In this document: positions 1 through 17,174 of the stretch, piece by piece | Layout of the letters: each line of letters starts with the position of its first letter | How positions within the stretch are numbered: the stretch's first letter is position 1 | Assembly (NCBI GenBank): GCA_030141605.1 | Contig: JAQGDQ010000458.1 | Location: forward strand, 62,001 to 126,000 | Source: Tubiluchus corallicola | Taxonomy: Eukaryota > Animalia > Priapulida | Direction of reading: 5' to 3' | Length of the DNA: 64,000 bases | Position numbers and translations under genes: made by a program | The notes under the pieces: model-generated | Databases searched by the model: none | The model's input: only the letters and a program-made list of their open reading frames with translations | What the model was told of the DNA's origin: nothing

Positions 1-90
1 AAAATCAGTTGCTTTTAGAAGTCTTCTTTTTTTGTCACTTATTATAAATGAATGGTAAATTATGCGCATTAATACTAAAACTGCTGTAGA

Positions 91-184
91 AGGAAGTGAC
101 GACATTCGCCAAACGGAGGTTACGTACTACATAACTTCCTTTCGGTGTTATGGTGTACGAACGTTAGTTCGTGTTTAGCGTTTG
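91..184 (+). promoter_or_regulatory. RPS9 promoter / 5'TOP start and non-coding first exon
   Basis: ETS-type GGAAGTG at 92-98; pyrimidine initiator CTTCCTTTC at 135-143, typical of ribosomal-protein TCT/TOP starts; donor TTG|GTAAGA at 184/185. Confidence 0.7.
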
Positions 185-687
185 GTAAGATATTTTCTGA
201 TAATGCTAGAACGTTATCGCTTAATTTGTTAATGTCTTTCAACGTCTATTGCATTAGTAATCGCGTAGATTTATTTTCGAGGCCTGCTGTTGACTAACGA
301 GATTGGATTTTTTAGATTCCAATTTTAAACAATACTGTAGCGTTAATTTTGAAGATTTGAATACCAGAGGATTATTAGCTAGTTATTAAAGGTACGCTTA
401 TGAAATGCGGGAGTGCTAAGCTCCTTGAGTAAGACTTGATCTATAGTCTTTTATATGCACTAACATGTTAGCGGATAATAAGCTTTAAATCCTGTACTTA
501 AGTGTTTATGAACCATTTTTGAATTTTCTTGCCAAATTGTGCCCATATAATAGGACATATTTGAATCTATTTGTTCAATTTTTGCCAGCAAGCCTTTCAA
601 AAAATAAACTGAAAATGTAAAACAATAGCTTTTAATGTCTGTATAAAAACTGTGTGCAGTGGAGGGTGCAGGTAAATACAGATACGG

Positions 688-1480
688 AATAATTTATTTG
701 TCTCAATAACATAATCAACATAGCATTAACAAATGATATGACTACTAAGAGAGACAGGGTGGCGAAAAGACCGAAAGGTCATCGAGTCTGCCACCCTTCT
801 ACGGATTTAATAACAAAACTCTACTTAGATTAGTACTGTGAACTATGAAAGTTAAACTATAATGTAAATTAAATTATATTTTATCTAAAGCATTATTCTT
901 GTATATCAACAGTTGTTAGTTACTACCACATGCATATGTTATACTTGCATAGCTGGATTAGTCAGTAATATGTGAAAATAATTTGAAGTTACAAATTAAA
1001 ACTTAATCAACATTTTCTCATATAGCGTAACTGTTAATTGATACTGACCACATGCAGCCATAAGCATAGCGAGGGCATGCACCACTTACCACAGGTTTGA
1101 CTATAAGTGTTTCGCTAAATTCACATGTGCAAACTGAATAACCATCCATGTATAACGTAATTCCATAAGGTCATTTTCAGTATTTTATCTCAAACCTTAA
1201 GCATCTGGAAATATTTACAAACACGATTAACAGGACGTAAAATAATTAACGAGCATAGAATTATAAATCAATCTATAGCTTAAGATGATTATTAATAAAT
1301 ATAACAAAAATCAAACAGAAAATGTATTGACGCGAATCGTAAGTCTATAACTGCTGTCTTTGTATGTTGTCTATAATGTAACATTGTGGAGAACAAAATT
1401 TAGCATGAAGAAGTATAAGATGTTATAGCCCAAAATGTCTTCTTCGTATAAAAATTTAATCCTGGGTATACCCTAGGACC
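688..1480 (-). mobile_element. Degenerate non-LTR retrotransposon 3' end in RPS9 intron 1
   Basis: Minus-strand AATAAA-type tail at about 690-697 and a GGGTGGC...GCCACCC stem-loop (757-796) resembling CR1/L2-type 3' ends; the upstream extent is uncertain. Confidence 0.35.
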
Positions 1481-1624
1481 GTGGTGGAGAGGATATATTT
1501 TATTGTGTACATGGCTTGCGGTGTATGAAATACACTTGGCTAAGCTTTTCTATGTGGAATATAAATTGAGCATTAATGTTATTTTTATTTATGTTTTTCA
1601 AAAGTAGGTAGGACTAAGACGTAA

Positions 1625-7216
<5,592 letters not shown>

Positions 7217-7318
7217 ACAGCTATTACTGATGAATGTAATGTAAACAGCTGAAGTTAAATAAATGGGGGTGACATTGTAACGTGCATCTTTGGTGGTTTA
7301 AATTTCTCAAATAAAGCG

Positions 7319-7745
7319 TGATCATTGAAACACTAAAATCTCACAACCAAACAAAATTACGTACATTGAGGAAAATGCAAACATACGTTGATCATTGAAA
7401 CACTAAAATCTCACAACCAAACAAAATTACGTACATTGAGGAAAATGCAAACATACGTTGATCATTGAAACATTAAATCTCACAACCAAACAAAATTACG
7501 TACATTGAGGAAAATGCAAACATACGTTGATCATTGAAACACTAAAATCTCACAACCAAACAAAATTACGTGCATTGATGAAAATGCAAACATACGTTGA
7601 TCATTGAAACACTAAAATCTCACAACCAAACAAAATTACGTACATTGAGGAAAATGCAAACAAACGGTGATCATTGAAACATTAAATCTCAACCAAACAA
7701 AATTACGTACATTGATGAAAATGCAAACAAGATTGATAATTGAAA
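7319..7745. repeat. 70-bp minisatellite, ~6 copies, just after the RPS9 poly(A) signals
   Basis: Unit TGATCATTGAAACACTAAAATCTCACAACCAAACAAAATTACGTACATTGAGGAAAATGCAAACATACGT. Confidence 0.95.
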
Positions 7746-8677
7746 CAATCAGGTTTATTTTCTGAAAGAATCTTTGAATACAAACTTCTTTGGCCAGTCG
7801 TTGCACTGTGGAAAATTCACAAAACCAGGTACCAAAAACCAGATTCAAAATACCTGCTCGAGTGGTAATAGACAGCCTCTTCGTCGAATATTCTTTCATT
7901 GCTTCAATGAATAACCCTAGTCATTTTAAATAAGATATTTCACAGTGTGAAACAGTTTAAAATAAACAGTACACTGAACCGCAGGTGTAATTCACCTAGG
8001 CACTTGTCTTAAATTACAGTTACTATTGCAATGAAAAAGTATTGCGTTTATTAACACTTGATTGTGTTTGCTCAGTTACAGTAGCACTTCAATTCCTACC
8101 TCATTAAAAAATTTAGAAATGAATGAAACTTTGCAGTTTATCTCCACTAATTCACAAGAATCTGCATTAATGCAAGCAGTCATCAGCAGCTACCATACTT
8201 CATCAGAGTTCCGGGCTTAAATGGACCCTCAACATGTACAATTAAGCGCCGGAACCCGGGAAAGCACGATAACTGCTAACGATGGGTTGCATTAAGTTTG
8301 TTAGCGCAAAAGCTCTTGTCGATCGCACTTTTTGCCTGTGAGAATTTTCAGTCTACCTTCTCCTGAAAAAAAACTTGGCACACCTGTAAAATTTCGTAGC
8401 TACAGTTAAACAAGGAACATATCTAGTTAAAAGGCTCACTGGCTGTATTAAATACCCATATTAGTATAAGTATACTCTGCAGAAGCCATATTAGAGCACA
8501 GATGAACCACCATACTAACACTTGTAGACCTATCGACATAATAGCGTGCGTTCTGTTCTGCATAGTGAATATGTAATAGAAGGTTTCACAGTTAATAATA
8601 TCAATGAACTGGCATTCGCTACTTACAGCATAATGTATATACATGTACCAATCTAAATAGCACTACTTACCCGATTA

Positions 8678-9132
8678 CCGTATTTTCCCGTGTATAAGAG
8701 ACCCTTGTGTATAAGAGACCCCTTCAATTTTTAGGCAAAAATTCTGGAAAAAAGTTTTTTCAGACGGACATTTTTAGAGGGTAAAGTACAACTTTTTTCA
8801 ACTCAGTGCGGTACTGAAAACAAAATAAAACCAGTTAATGTGTTGTAGAAAAAGAGTACTGGTATATATTAAAGTGCGTACCTGCAAACCTGTAACAGGA
8901 AAAGAGAAAACGAGGAGATAATGCCTGTGTCACGATGCTTGTATTGCTTACAACCGCTTCATAGTCGAACGCGACACGCAAAACAGTTGTAGAGCACTTA
9001 TTTCTTTAAAATCATTAGTGTCACAATTTATGCATCTTATTGAAAAGACTTACTCCCATGTATAAGAGACCCCCTATTTTTAAAGTGAAAATTCTGAGCA
9101 AAAAAGGGTCTCTTATACACGGGAAAATACGG
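8678..9132. mobile_element. Tc1/mariner (pogo/Tigger-like) MITE
   Basis: Perfect TIRs CCGTATTTTCCCGTGTATAAGAGACCC / GGGTCTCTTATACACGGGAAAATACGG flanked by TA at 8676-8677 and 9133-9134. Confidence 0.9.
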
Positions 9133-9548
9133 TATATATTACATGTAATGCAGACATTACGTGTGAATAAAGATGATATATAGAATATGAGTAATGTAGA
9201 TTGTTTGCACGTGTCGTCACAAATCTACTAATAATTCTTTGTGCAGCTGAAATTCTAGTTTGGCGAAGATTTCTATTAAAAGTTCCTTTCCCTACAGGAA
9301 CCGAGTTTTTGGGTTATTCACTGCTAAGCAATTCTGTAGAGTCATTTTGCCGTGCTACCGGTCTGGTTTTCATTCATGCAATGCAAAAGTCTGCCATTCA
9401 CTCGTGAGGCAAGATGTCTGAATTTATTTCACAGCAACATATAAACACACATACAAATTGTTATTACATTATAAAATAAACGAGTCACTGTGAGGAGGAT
9501 GAACATTGAACGACGTAACACTAAATTCTTTTCTTGGAAAATATCAAC

Positions 9549-10104
9549 AAGGGGCGTGGCTAGGTTCTAAAGTTACGGGGAGCAAGAACATGAAAAGGGC
9601 GCCGTGTCACATACCAGAACAATTTTTAACGCATTGATTATACATTGTAATATTGAACTTAAAACCCAAATGCGGGGAAGACATGATTTTCAAGGAAGTA
9701 CATCATTGTTATTTTGTATTTAAAATTAAAACACAATAAAAAGTTTTACTGTAAGTTCATAAATCTGAAAACAGTAAAAAGTCGTGTTATTTAATTATTT
9801 TAATTTGAAATTTAAAATGAAATTAAAATGAAGTACTATGAAAAATTCATCACAAAGGAACCTCTTTTGTTAAGGTTTTATTTTAGCAAAGTAATTAAGT
9901 AATCAAAACTTCATTATAATCCACCTATATATAACACCAGAAGCAGGCGGGTCACATATATTAATGACTCCAGAAAATTCTCCCAAGGTTATGCGGTTAA
10001 AAAATAAAAAAAAATCGGACTTTCATCGCACAAGTGACAAAAATCGTTGGAAAGTAACCAATTGTGAAAAATGTGCACGGGGGACCGTATTAGCCACGCG
10101 ACTG
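9549..10104. mobile_element. hAT-like MITE
   Basis: TIR-like ends AAGGGGCGTGGCTA / TAGCCACGCGACTG; 8-bp target duplication ATATCAAC / ATATCAAT. Confidence 0.7.
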
Positions 10105-10375
10105 ATATCAATATAGGGACTTGCCAATAAGTGATTTATTAATCGAAAGCATTGTTAAGAAAATTGCGCCTCAACTGAAAAGCTGTTGCAAATAGCACTT
10201 TTTCACGTAAAACCTGTCTGCACCGCAATGACAGCTAAACAAGGTTGTTCACTGTGATCTGGAAAATCAAGTTAATATCGTGTGAATGTGGGACACAGGT
10301 GCTTGAATAAAAACAATATCTACGGTCCCAGTATGCGCGTAAATGGATCAAAAGAACTGCATTGATGATTAAGCG

Positions 10376-11112
10376 TTATCAATCAATCAATCAATTTATT
10401 TCCCTCCAGCAATACATATACAATACATCAACGTACAATATTATTGAAACAAAAAGAAACAGTATAGGTAAAAAACGTTGATGAAGTCAAATTAACCAAA
10501 TAAAAGAGTTGCTGTATGACACCTTGAAAGCTTGGCTTGTTAGGGTGGCAGAAATGAGTGAATGAAAGAATGGTTATGGTTAGTAGACATGATGAAATGG
10601 AAAAAAATGGTAAGATTAGGGATAGGAAGAAGGAAGGGAGGGGAGAATGAGTGAATGACAGAATGGTTAGGGTTAGTAGACACGATGGAATGGAAAAATA
10701 TGGTAAGATTAGGGATAGGAAGGAAGGGAGGGGAGGATGAGTGAACGAAAGAATGGTTAGGGTTAGTAGACATGATGGAATGGAAAAAAATGGTAAGATT
10801 AGGGATAGGAAGAAGGAAGGGAGGGAAGGATGAGTGAATGAAAGAATGGTTAGGGTTAGTAGACATGATGAAATGGAAAAAATAGTAAGATTAGGGATAG
10901 GAAGAAGGAAGGGAGGGAAGGATGAGTGAATGAACGAATGGTTAGGGTCAGAAGAAATAATGGAATGAAAAAACTAGTAAGATTAGGGATAGGAAGAAGG
11001 AAGGGAGGGAAGGATGAGTGAATGAACGAATGGTTAGGGTCAGAAGAAATGATAGAATGGAAAAAATAGTAAGATTAGGGATGGGAAGAAGGAAAAGAGG
11101 AGAAGAAACGAC
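10376..11112 (-). mobile_element. Retroposon 3' end carrying ~6 tandem copies of a 90-93 bp unit
   Basis: Minus-strand AATAAA + (TTGA)n tail; closely similar to 42525-42790, where the purine-rich unit (10554-11100 here) occurs only once. Confidence 0.75.
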
Positions 11113-11119
11113 GAAACGA

Positions 11120-11653
11120 AGAGCCTGTTAAGCATTGACCAGTTGTGAATTAAGCAACATATTGAATTTCACTGCCTGTTCGCTATACTGCTGCTACCAG
11201 AAACGATTGTCTCTTCAGACATTCGTTAAAAGTAACCAACCTGATCTGTAATGTTCTTGTGCATTTTAACTTTAAACCGATCGGTTTCATTGTCGGGCAA
11301 ATTGGGCACAAAGATTTGAGAGTTCACATTTACATATGTTTTATATCGTTCCATATATGAGCTTCATTCATCACATCATTCCATTTTAAGCACTAATGTT
11401 TTTTATCACGATTCACTTAAAATTTTCAGATTATCTCCATTACTTTTTTTTCTACCACTGTGTGGGACAATCTAACAAGCCCTGCTTTTTGATTACCCGC
11501 AACACATTTACCTTCGTGTATAAGTGAACAGTGTTTGAGACTTTTCCTGTGCAGTATTTCTGATTTGTATTATATCCATTGTAGGCCCTTTCACTAGATA
11601 TTGTATATGTAACCATTGTAAGTGTGTAAGGTGAAATAAATGACTTATGACTT
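11120..11653 (+). mobile_element. Degenerate LINE 3' end
   Basis: Ends in GAAATAAA-TGACTTATGACTT tail, preceded by a GTGTGGG-ACAATC...GATTA-CCCGCAACAC stem typical of CR1/L2-type 3' UTRs. Confidence 0.4.
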
Positions 11654-11845
11654 CACTGACCTGCTTTCTGTACGGCAGCAAAGCAATATGGCGACAAGAA
11701 CGACAGCATTACGGGCATCCACATCAGTTCGAGACGCAGCCGCCAGCGACAACGGCACAACTTTCTCTCCTGTAAAACTACTCCACCATTCGCAATTCAA
11801 CAGTGCGCGCACACTGCAAAGTACATTCATCATACACAAAAGTAC

Positions 11846-11994
11846 GATATCGCCAAACCCCCCAGAGGGTTGGGGACGTCCGTCCAACAGTGCCGAGCTA
11901 TGTCGACACTGTGAAATCTAATCACAAATTAACACTTTCACCAAACCAGCTACAGTTTGGGGGCACTGAGCCCAACAGCCAGACGCTGTGAAAT
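11846..11994. ncRNA. Candidate structured RNA: four-way-junction motif, copies A (11846-11918) and B (11936-11994)
   Basis: Consensus TTTCR-CCAAAC[loop]GTTTGG-GG[..]CC-AA-CA[..]TG-TGAAAT; three inner hairpins of different sequence and length in each copy, closed by a basal stem. Strand probably minus but not established. Confidence 0.6.
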
Positions 11995-12167
11995 AGAAAC
12001 TGAAACGAAAATCTCAAGAGTTAACTCTTTCACTGCCTTTAGCCAAACGACGCTAAAAAAGGGGACACCGGCTTCCCGAAATGAGAGACTTGGAACTTAG
12101 AATGACTCGCACAAAATTCGCTGCGCAACTTTTCGTAGCATTGTCTATCACACAAGAGTCTGTTCGG

Positions 12168-12563
12168 TAGGGGCGAGCATTCTCTACCAGAAAGCAAATT
12201 CGAATCGAACCGAATTTGTGACTTTCGAATTCGAATCGAACCGAACTTCAGTGTTTCGAATTCGAATTGAGATTGAACGATTTTCGAACAAGTTTTCGAA
12301 CCACCAGTAAAAATTAGCTTTACAAAGATCATGCATATCACTAGATTTTGTTCTGCAATAAAACGACTAGTAATTTGTTTAAAATTGTGCACAGAAATCA
12401 CAGCTAAATTATGCTAATTACATGATGTTTCAATCGTTTTAATGATCAGGAACATATGTGCTTGAAGTGCTGAATTATTCGAATCTATAGTTTTGGATTC
12501 GAATCGAGTTCGAACTAAAAAAACTCGTTCGAATCGAATTCGAGAGTTCGATGCTCACCCCTA
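12168..12563. mobile_element. hAT MITE
   Basis: TIRs TAGGGGCGAGCAT / ATGCTCACCCCTA; perfect 8-bp target duplication CTGTTCGG (12160-12167 and 12564-12571); TTCGAA-rich subterminal repeats. Confidence 0.9.
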
Positions 12564-13144
12564 CTGTTCGGTAAACGATTTTGCTTTATGAGCAGGAAGA
12601 AACAAGGTATCTCAGAAGTCCATCACTCTGTTTTACATTACATATGTAACAAAGACAAACTTCAGCTTGTTAACAACTCAATATTTAAAATGGCTAAAGA
12701 ATCCATTGGCTGAACAATAGCTGTAAACCTGGACACCTTTGTTTTCTGCTTCTTCCTAAGGTCTAACCTTATTTTGCCCATACATCACATCAGTTTAACA
12801 CTTTAGTCTTAAACGAGGTGGGGGATGCAGCTTCTTAACAAAATCAGCGGCTTCGGGCAATTTCCGTACTGTCAGATCTACTTTTAAATGTAATTTCAAA
12901 ACTATCTATTATTGAGAGAATAAACTCCCGATTGTGTTAATATTTGAAGCAGAAAGGATTGGTGAACCAGCTGGACTTACTTTTTTTTTATTTTTTGCAT
13001 CTTCTTTCAGCCATCAGTGGTTTAACAATAATACTATGATACCATAGGTTTATTTCGCTTTAGTTATTAATTTGGATACCAAAGCTAAAATTTTGCATTC
13101 ATTCGTAATTTAACATACATGTGATACAGTTAAACAATTTAGAT

Positions 13145-13999
13145 CCGGGCCCGGAATATCCTATGGGCTAGTATAGGCTATAGCTTAAGGCCTCTCAAGC
13201 TTTGGTGACAGGACTGGATTATCCTATAGGCTAGTATAGGCTACAGGTTAGGGCCTCTCAAGCTTTGGTGACACGACTGGAATATCCTATAGGCTAGTAT
13301 AGGCTACAGCTTAGGGCCTCTCGAGCTTTGGTGACAGGACTGGAATATCCTATAGGCTAGTATAGGCTATAGCTTAAGGCCTCTCAAGCTTTGGTGACAG
13401 GACTGGATTATCCTATAGGCTAGTATAGGCTACAGGTTAGGGCCTCTCAAGCTTTGGTGACACGACTGGATTATCCTATAGGCTAGTATAGGCTACAGCT
13501 TAAGGCCTCTCAAGCTTTGGTGACAGGACTGGATTATCCTATAGGCTAGTATAGGCTACAGGTTAGGGCCTCTCGAGCTTTGGTGACAGGACTGGATTAT
13601 CCTATAGGCTAGTATAGGCTACAGCTTAGGGCCTCTCAAGCTTTGGTGACAGGACTGGATTATCCTATAGGCTAGTATAGGCTACAGGTTAGGGCCTATG
13701 GAGCTTGGGGACCCCATTTGGTAAAAAAAAAACTACGTTTTTTTCACTACGGTTGTTCAAATATGTGCAAAATTTGGTTTGCAATAAATAGTAAAATATC
13801 CGTATTTCTTAATGAACGTTTAAACAGTTTATTTAAAGAACTTACAATATGTTCACTTCAAGCTACGAAAATATCGCTGAAACATACCACAAGTGAGAAA
13901 ATATGCAATGGGAGTGTGGGCAAGTTAGAGGGTTGCTCGGGGGCCCCATAATTTCGTTAGCCTAGTGGAACCCCCAAAAGGTTCACAATCCGGCCTTGT
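13145..13999. mobile_element. hAT-like MITE containing a 63-bp tandem array (~9 copies, 13153-13700)
   Basis: Ends CCGGGCCCGGAAT / AATCCGGCCTTG; unit GGATTATCCTATAGGCTAGTATAGGCTACAGCTTAGGGCCTCTCAAGCTTTGGTGACAGGACT. Confidence 0.7.
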
Positions 14000-14165
14000 T
14001 TGACCCTTTGCTACAGCAGAAAAAGTATCCGCCCCCTCAGTTTTCATAATTGTTTCTCCAAACTGAAAACGTGAAGAAACTTTTGAGACACCTTGTAGCA
14101 GTAGTTTCTCGCACTGTTGGTGAACCGATAATGCAGGCAGTGTAAAAGCTAAATCTATCATTAAT

Positions 14166-14232
14166 TTTTCGCCAAACCGGCAAAGGTTTGGGGGTCACGG
14201 GGTGACCCAACAACGTCGAGACGTTGTGAAAT
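14166..14232. ncRNA. Candidate structured RNA: four-way-junction motif, copy C
   Basis: TTTCG CCAAACC-ggcaaa-GGTTTGG GGGTCAC-ggg-GTGACCC AA CAACGT-cgag-ACGTTG TGAAAT; same junction as copies A and B. Confidence 0.6.
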
Positions 14233-14734
14233 GTTTGTGCGAAAAATTTACGTTACGTAAAACTTTACGGCTAACCTGGCGGCAAAGTAGTTCTTGTTTA
14301 GAAGAACAGGTATTTTCTGACATCTTATTAACCTGAAAATGACACAATTGTCAGAATTCTTGACATAGACCGTGTAACGATGATACTAATTTATTACTAC
14401 ATATAAGCACATGTAAAGAAAAACCAGACTGTATCTTAAACTGTAGGTGAAAACAATCTACCGTCTTCAATTATTGAAAGGGAACATAGTATCTTTTCAA
14501 GAATGGCTTACGTGAAAGAATTATTACCACACAAACACAATTTCACGTTCGCGCTACTAGTTCTTTGTTGTTACATGCATTTCACCATTCGTTAGTTAGA
14601 CGGGCACTAGTGCCTGCATTTCAGAAACGCATTATACAAAAACAGATGCTGTACCTGTCAGTAACAGATGTGTTAGTTTGTGACGAGCTACGCACGTTCG
14701 ACAGCTCATGCGTGAGCACAGCGGTAAATTTGAA

Positions 14735-14885
14735 ATTTGATTTTTATCTTAAAACATGCCTAGTCTTAGCACAGCACACTGAATATCTTACAGTAGCACT
14801 GTACTTCAATTTTCGCTTTCGCGAACATGTGCAACACGCTCGTGAAATACTTTGCTGTTGAAAATTATGTTAGTTTGTGATGTCA
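14735..14885. repeat. Dispersed repeat; inverted copy at ~21970-22125
   Basis: GCACTGTACTTCAATTTTCGCTTTCGCGAACA...TTGCTGTTGAAAATTATGTT is the reverse complement of the sequence at about 21983-22060. Confidence 0.75.
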
Positions 14886-15690
14886 TCAGTAGTTGGGCTC
14901 GCCTGCCAGTAATTAAGTTTTTCATCTATTATTTAATTATCAGAAACACTTTTGCAGTACTAATTGTGTAAAAATGTACTTTTACTGTACTTCAAAATGG
15001 AGTAGGACATGGAAAATCACCCTGTTTTCCTTTGATGCAATGATGTAACCTATCCTGCTTACAATTTTTTATAAAAATGAAAATCATTGAAGCTTCTCTC
15101 AGTTTGTTGCATCTGTTCACGTTACTGATTTCACACAAAACAATTTGAGGCAAAAATTCACTTAAATCGCTGATTTATTCTACGTGTCAAGTTTGCCGGT
15201 GACAATGACTTGAATGCATTTGTTCAAGATTTGACATTTTGCGGTCGAAAACGATAAAATAGTACCTTTGATACCAGCAGAAAAGGAACCACATTACGGC
15301 ATGTACAGATAAAAACAATAATTATTATATTTCCGACATTTTAATAAGCCAAGGATGTCTGTTAGACAAGACCATATTAGGTCAGAGCACATAAACCAAC
15401 CATGTCTGTTATGTAAACTATGTACAGTAAGATAAAAATGCAGTCACAAGAACGCGGGGTAAAAGTCACAATAAATAGTAAAATTACATACTGTTTAGTA
15501 CCAAATTTAACAGAATGGTAGTTGTATTATTCCTGCACTCAACTGCAACATTTAAAAAGCTACACAAAAACTGCTATTGTAATTGTCAACATTTTAATGC
15601 AACTGTTGTCATGACTAATTTTCAGTACAAGTTGAGTCTAAAGAATGTACTTACGGAAAGCACTGAGAGGAGCACTTGACGTGGACTAAA

Positions 15691-16265
15691 GGCACGTTCA
15701 GACTAGCGAGTTTTCTTACCAAGTAACTCGTAAGAGCATTCAGACTGGACAGCAAAACTTGTTACGAACGCGGACGGACACTCACTTGTCTATTTGCTGT
15801 GAGCAGTGTTGAGAGTAAGTCACCGAGGTGTTCACACTAGACAGTAAATCAAATCGCCAAAGCATTCACACTAGACAGTAAATCAACTCGCCGAAACGTT
15901 CGCACTAGACAGTAAATCAATTCACCGAGGCGTTTATACTAGACAGTAAATCAACTCGCCAAGGCGTTCACACTAGACAGTAAATCAACTCACCGAAGTG
16001 TTCACACTAGACAGTAAATCAACTCGCCGAGGTGTTCACACTAGACAGTAAATCAACTCGCCAAGGCGTTCACACTAGACAGTAAATCAACTCACCGAAG
16101 TGTTCACACTAGACAGTAAATCAACTCGCCGAGGCGTTCACACTAGACAGTAACTCAACTCGCAACTGTCGAAGAGATTGCAATTTCTTGCGAACAATAA
16201 TGCGCAAAGCAGTTCACACTTGCAAGCTTGCTGTCAAAGAGAAAACTGGCTAGTCTCAACGCACT
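15691..16265. mobile_element. PIF/Harbinger-like MITE with an internal 34-bp array (~10 copies, 15829-16163)
   Basis: TIRs GGCACGTTCAGACTAGCGAGTTTTC / GAAAACTGGCTAGTCTCAACGCAC; unit GTTCACACTAGACAGTAAATCAACTCGCCGAGGY. Confidence 0.75.
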
Positions 16266-17174
16266 GTTAGTTTAACAGACACAATTATGTTGTTACAAAC
16301 CTTTGTGGTTTATAAACAAATACAGCTGTATTGAGCCTAGTGCGATTAACCGAATCAAGTGCAATTGCTATGTTCTATGTTCTCAGCGTTTTGCAAAAGT
16401 CATACCTTTCCGAAGTCTGCTGGCAGAATCTTGGTAACATTTACACGACTTTTCATTTAAGGAATCAAAAAATCAATAACTTCGCATGACATAATGTGCA
16501 ACCGTTAACGTTTGTACAACACTCACCTTTGCATTTTTGCTAAATGAATTTTACGAAAGCAGGTAACACAGTTATTTCATATAAACATAAACATTACCAA
16601 TAGTTTCATACCTTTGATTCACCTGGATAGGTCTTTACGGAAATAAAGCAACTAATAGCTAGTACGAATATAATTCTTATTGACAAGAATAGGTTCAGCT
16701 TAATATAAATCACACGTTTTGTGAGGTTTTGCAATTTTTTTAGTTTTCATCTGAAAATGACCCACAGATGCGGGTGGAAATGTCTTTTTTCTTTCTCTTG
16801 ACTGCCAAAGCTTTTTAACTATTATCTAATGTATGTACCTTTTGTACCATAAGCACCGATGTACAGTACAGTAAACTCTGCATAATTTCGTTTACCGTGT
16901 AATTCCAAATATCGTTCGTTTCAGACAGATTTGCTTCTACATATCTTAATGTTTAAACCGATCACGAAACTGGGTATTTTAACTCGGTAAATCGCTGAAT
17001 TCGGTATATTTGAGGGAAACAATTTGCACAGAACACATTGTGTTTGCTCTGCTTATCTTGGACACTGCAGAAACATTGTCAGTACAGTGAATGCACACTT
17101 TCCCGGCTAGCCCGTTAGTAGGGGGTTAAAGTAATGGGAAAAGTAATCAACAGATACTACAGCATATTTATATA

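Larger units (their letters stand above)
12021..14152. mobile_element. piggyBac-like non-autonomous element hosting two nested hAT-like insertions
   Basis: Left end TTAACTCTTTCACTGCC (12021-12037) matches the reverse complement of GGCAGTGTAAAAGCTAA (14136-14152) at 14 of 17 positions; TTAA/CTAA boundaries. Confidence 0.55.

Noticed and set aside
8325-8385. MALAT1-like triple helix (U-rich loop plus A-tract)
   Set aside because: The U-rich tracts are short and asymmetric, no tRNA-like element follows, and the T-runs also read as splice-acceptor tracts.
11645-11991. Protein-coding reading of the GC-rich ORFs around the four-way-junction motifs
   Set aside because: No recognisable domain in any frame; the GC content is explained by hairpins and a short exon-like block.
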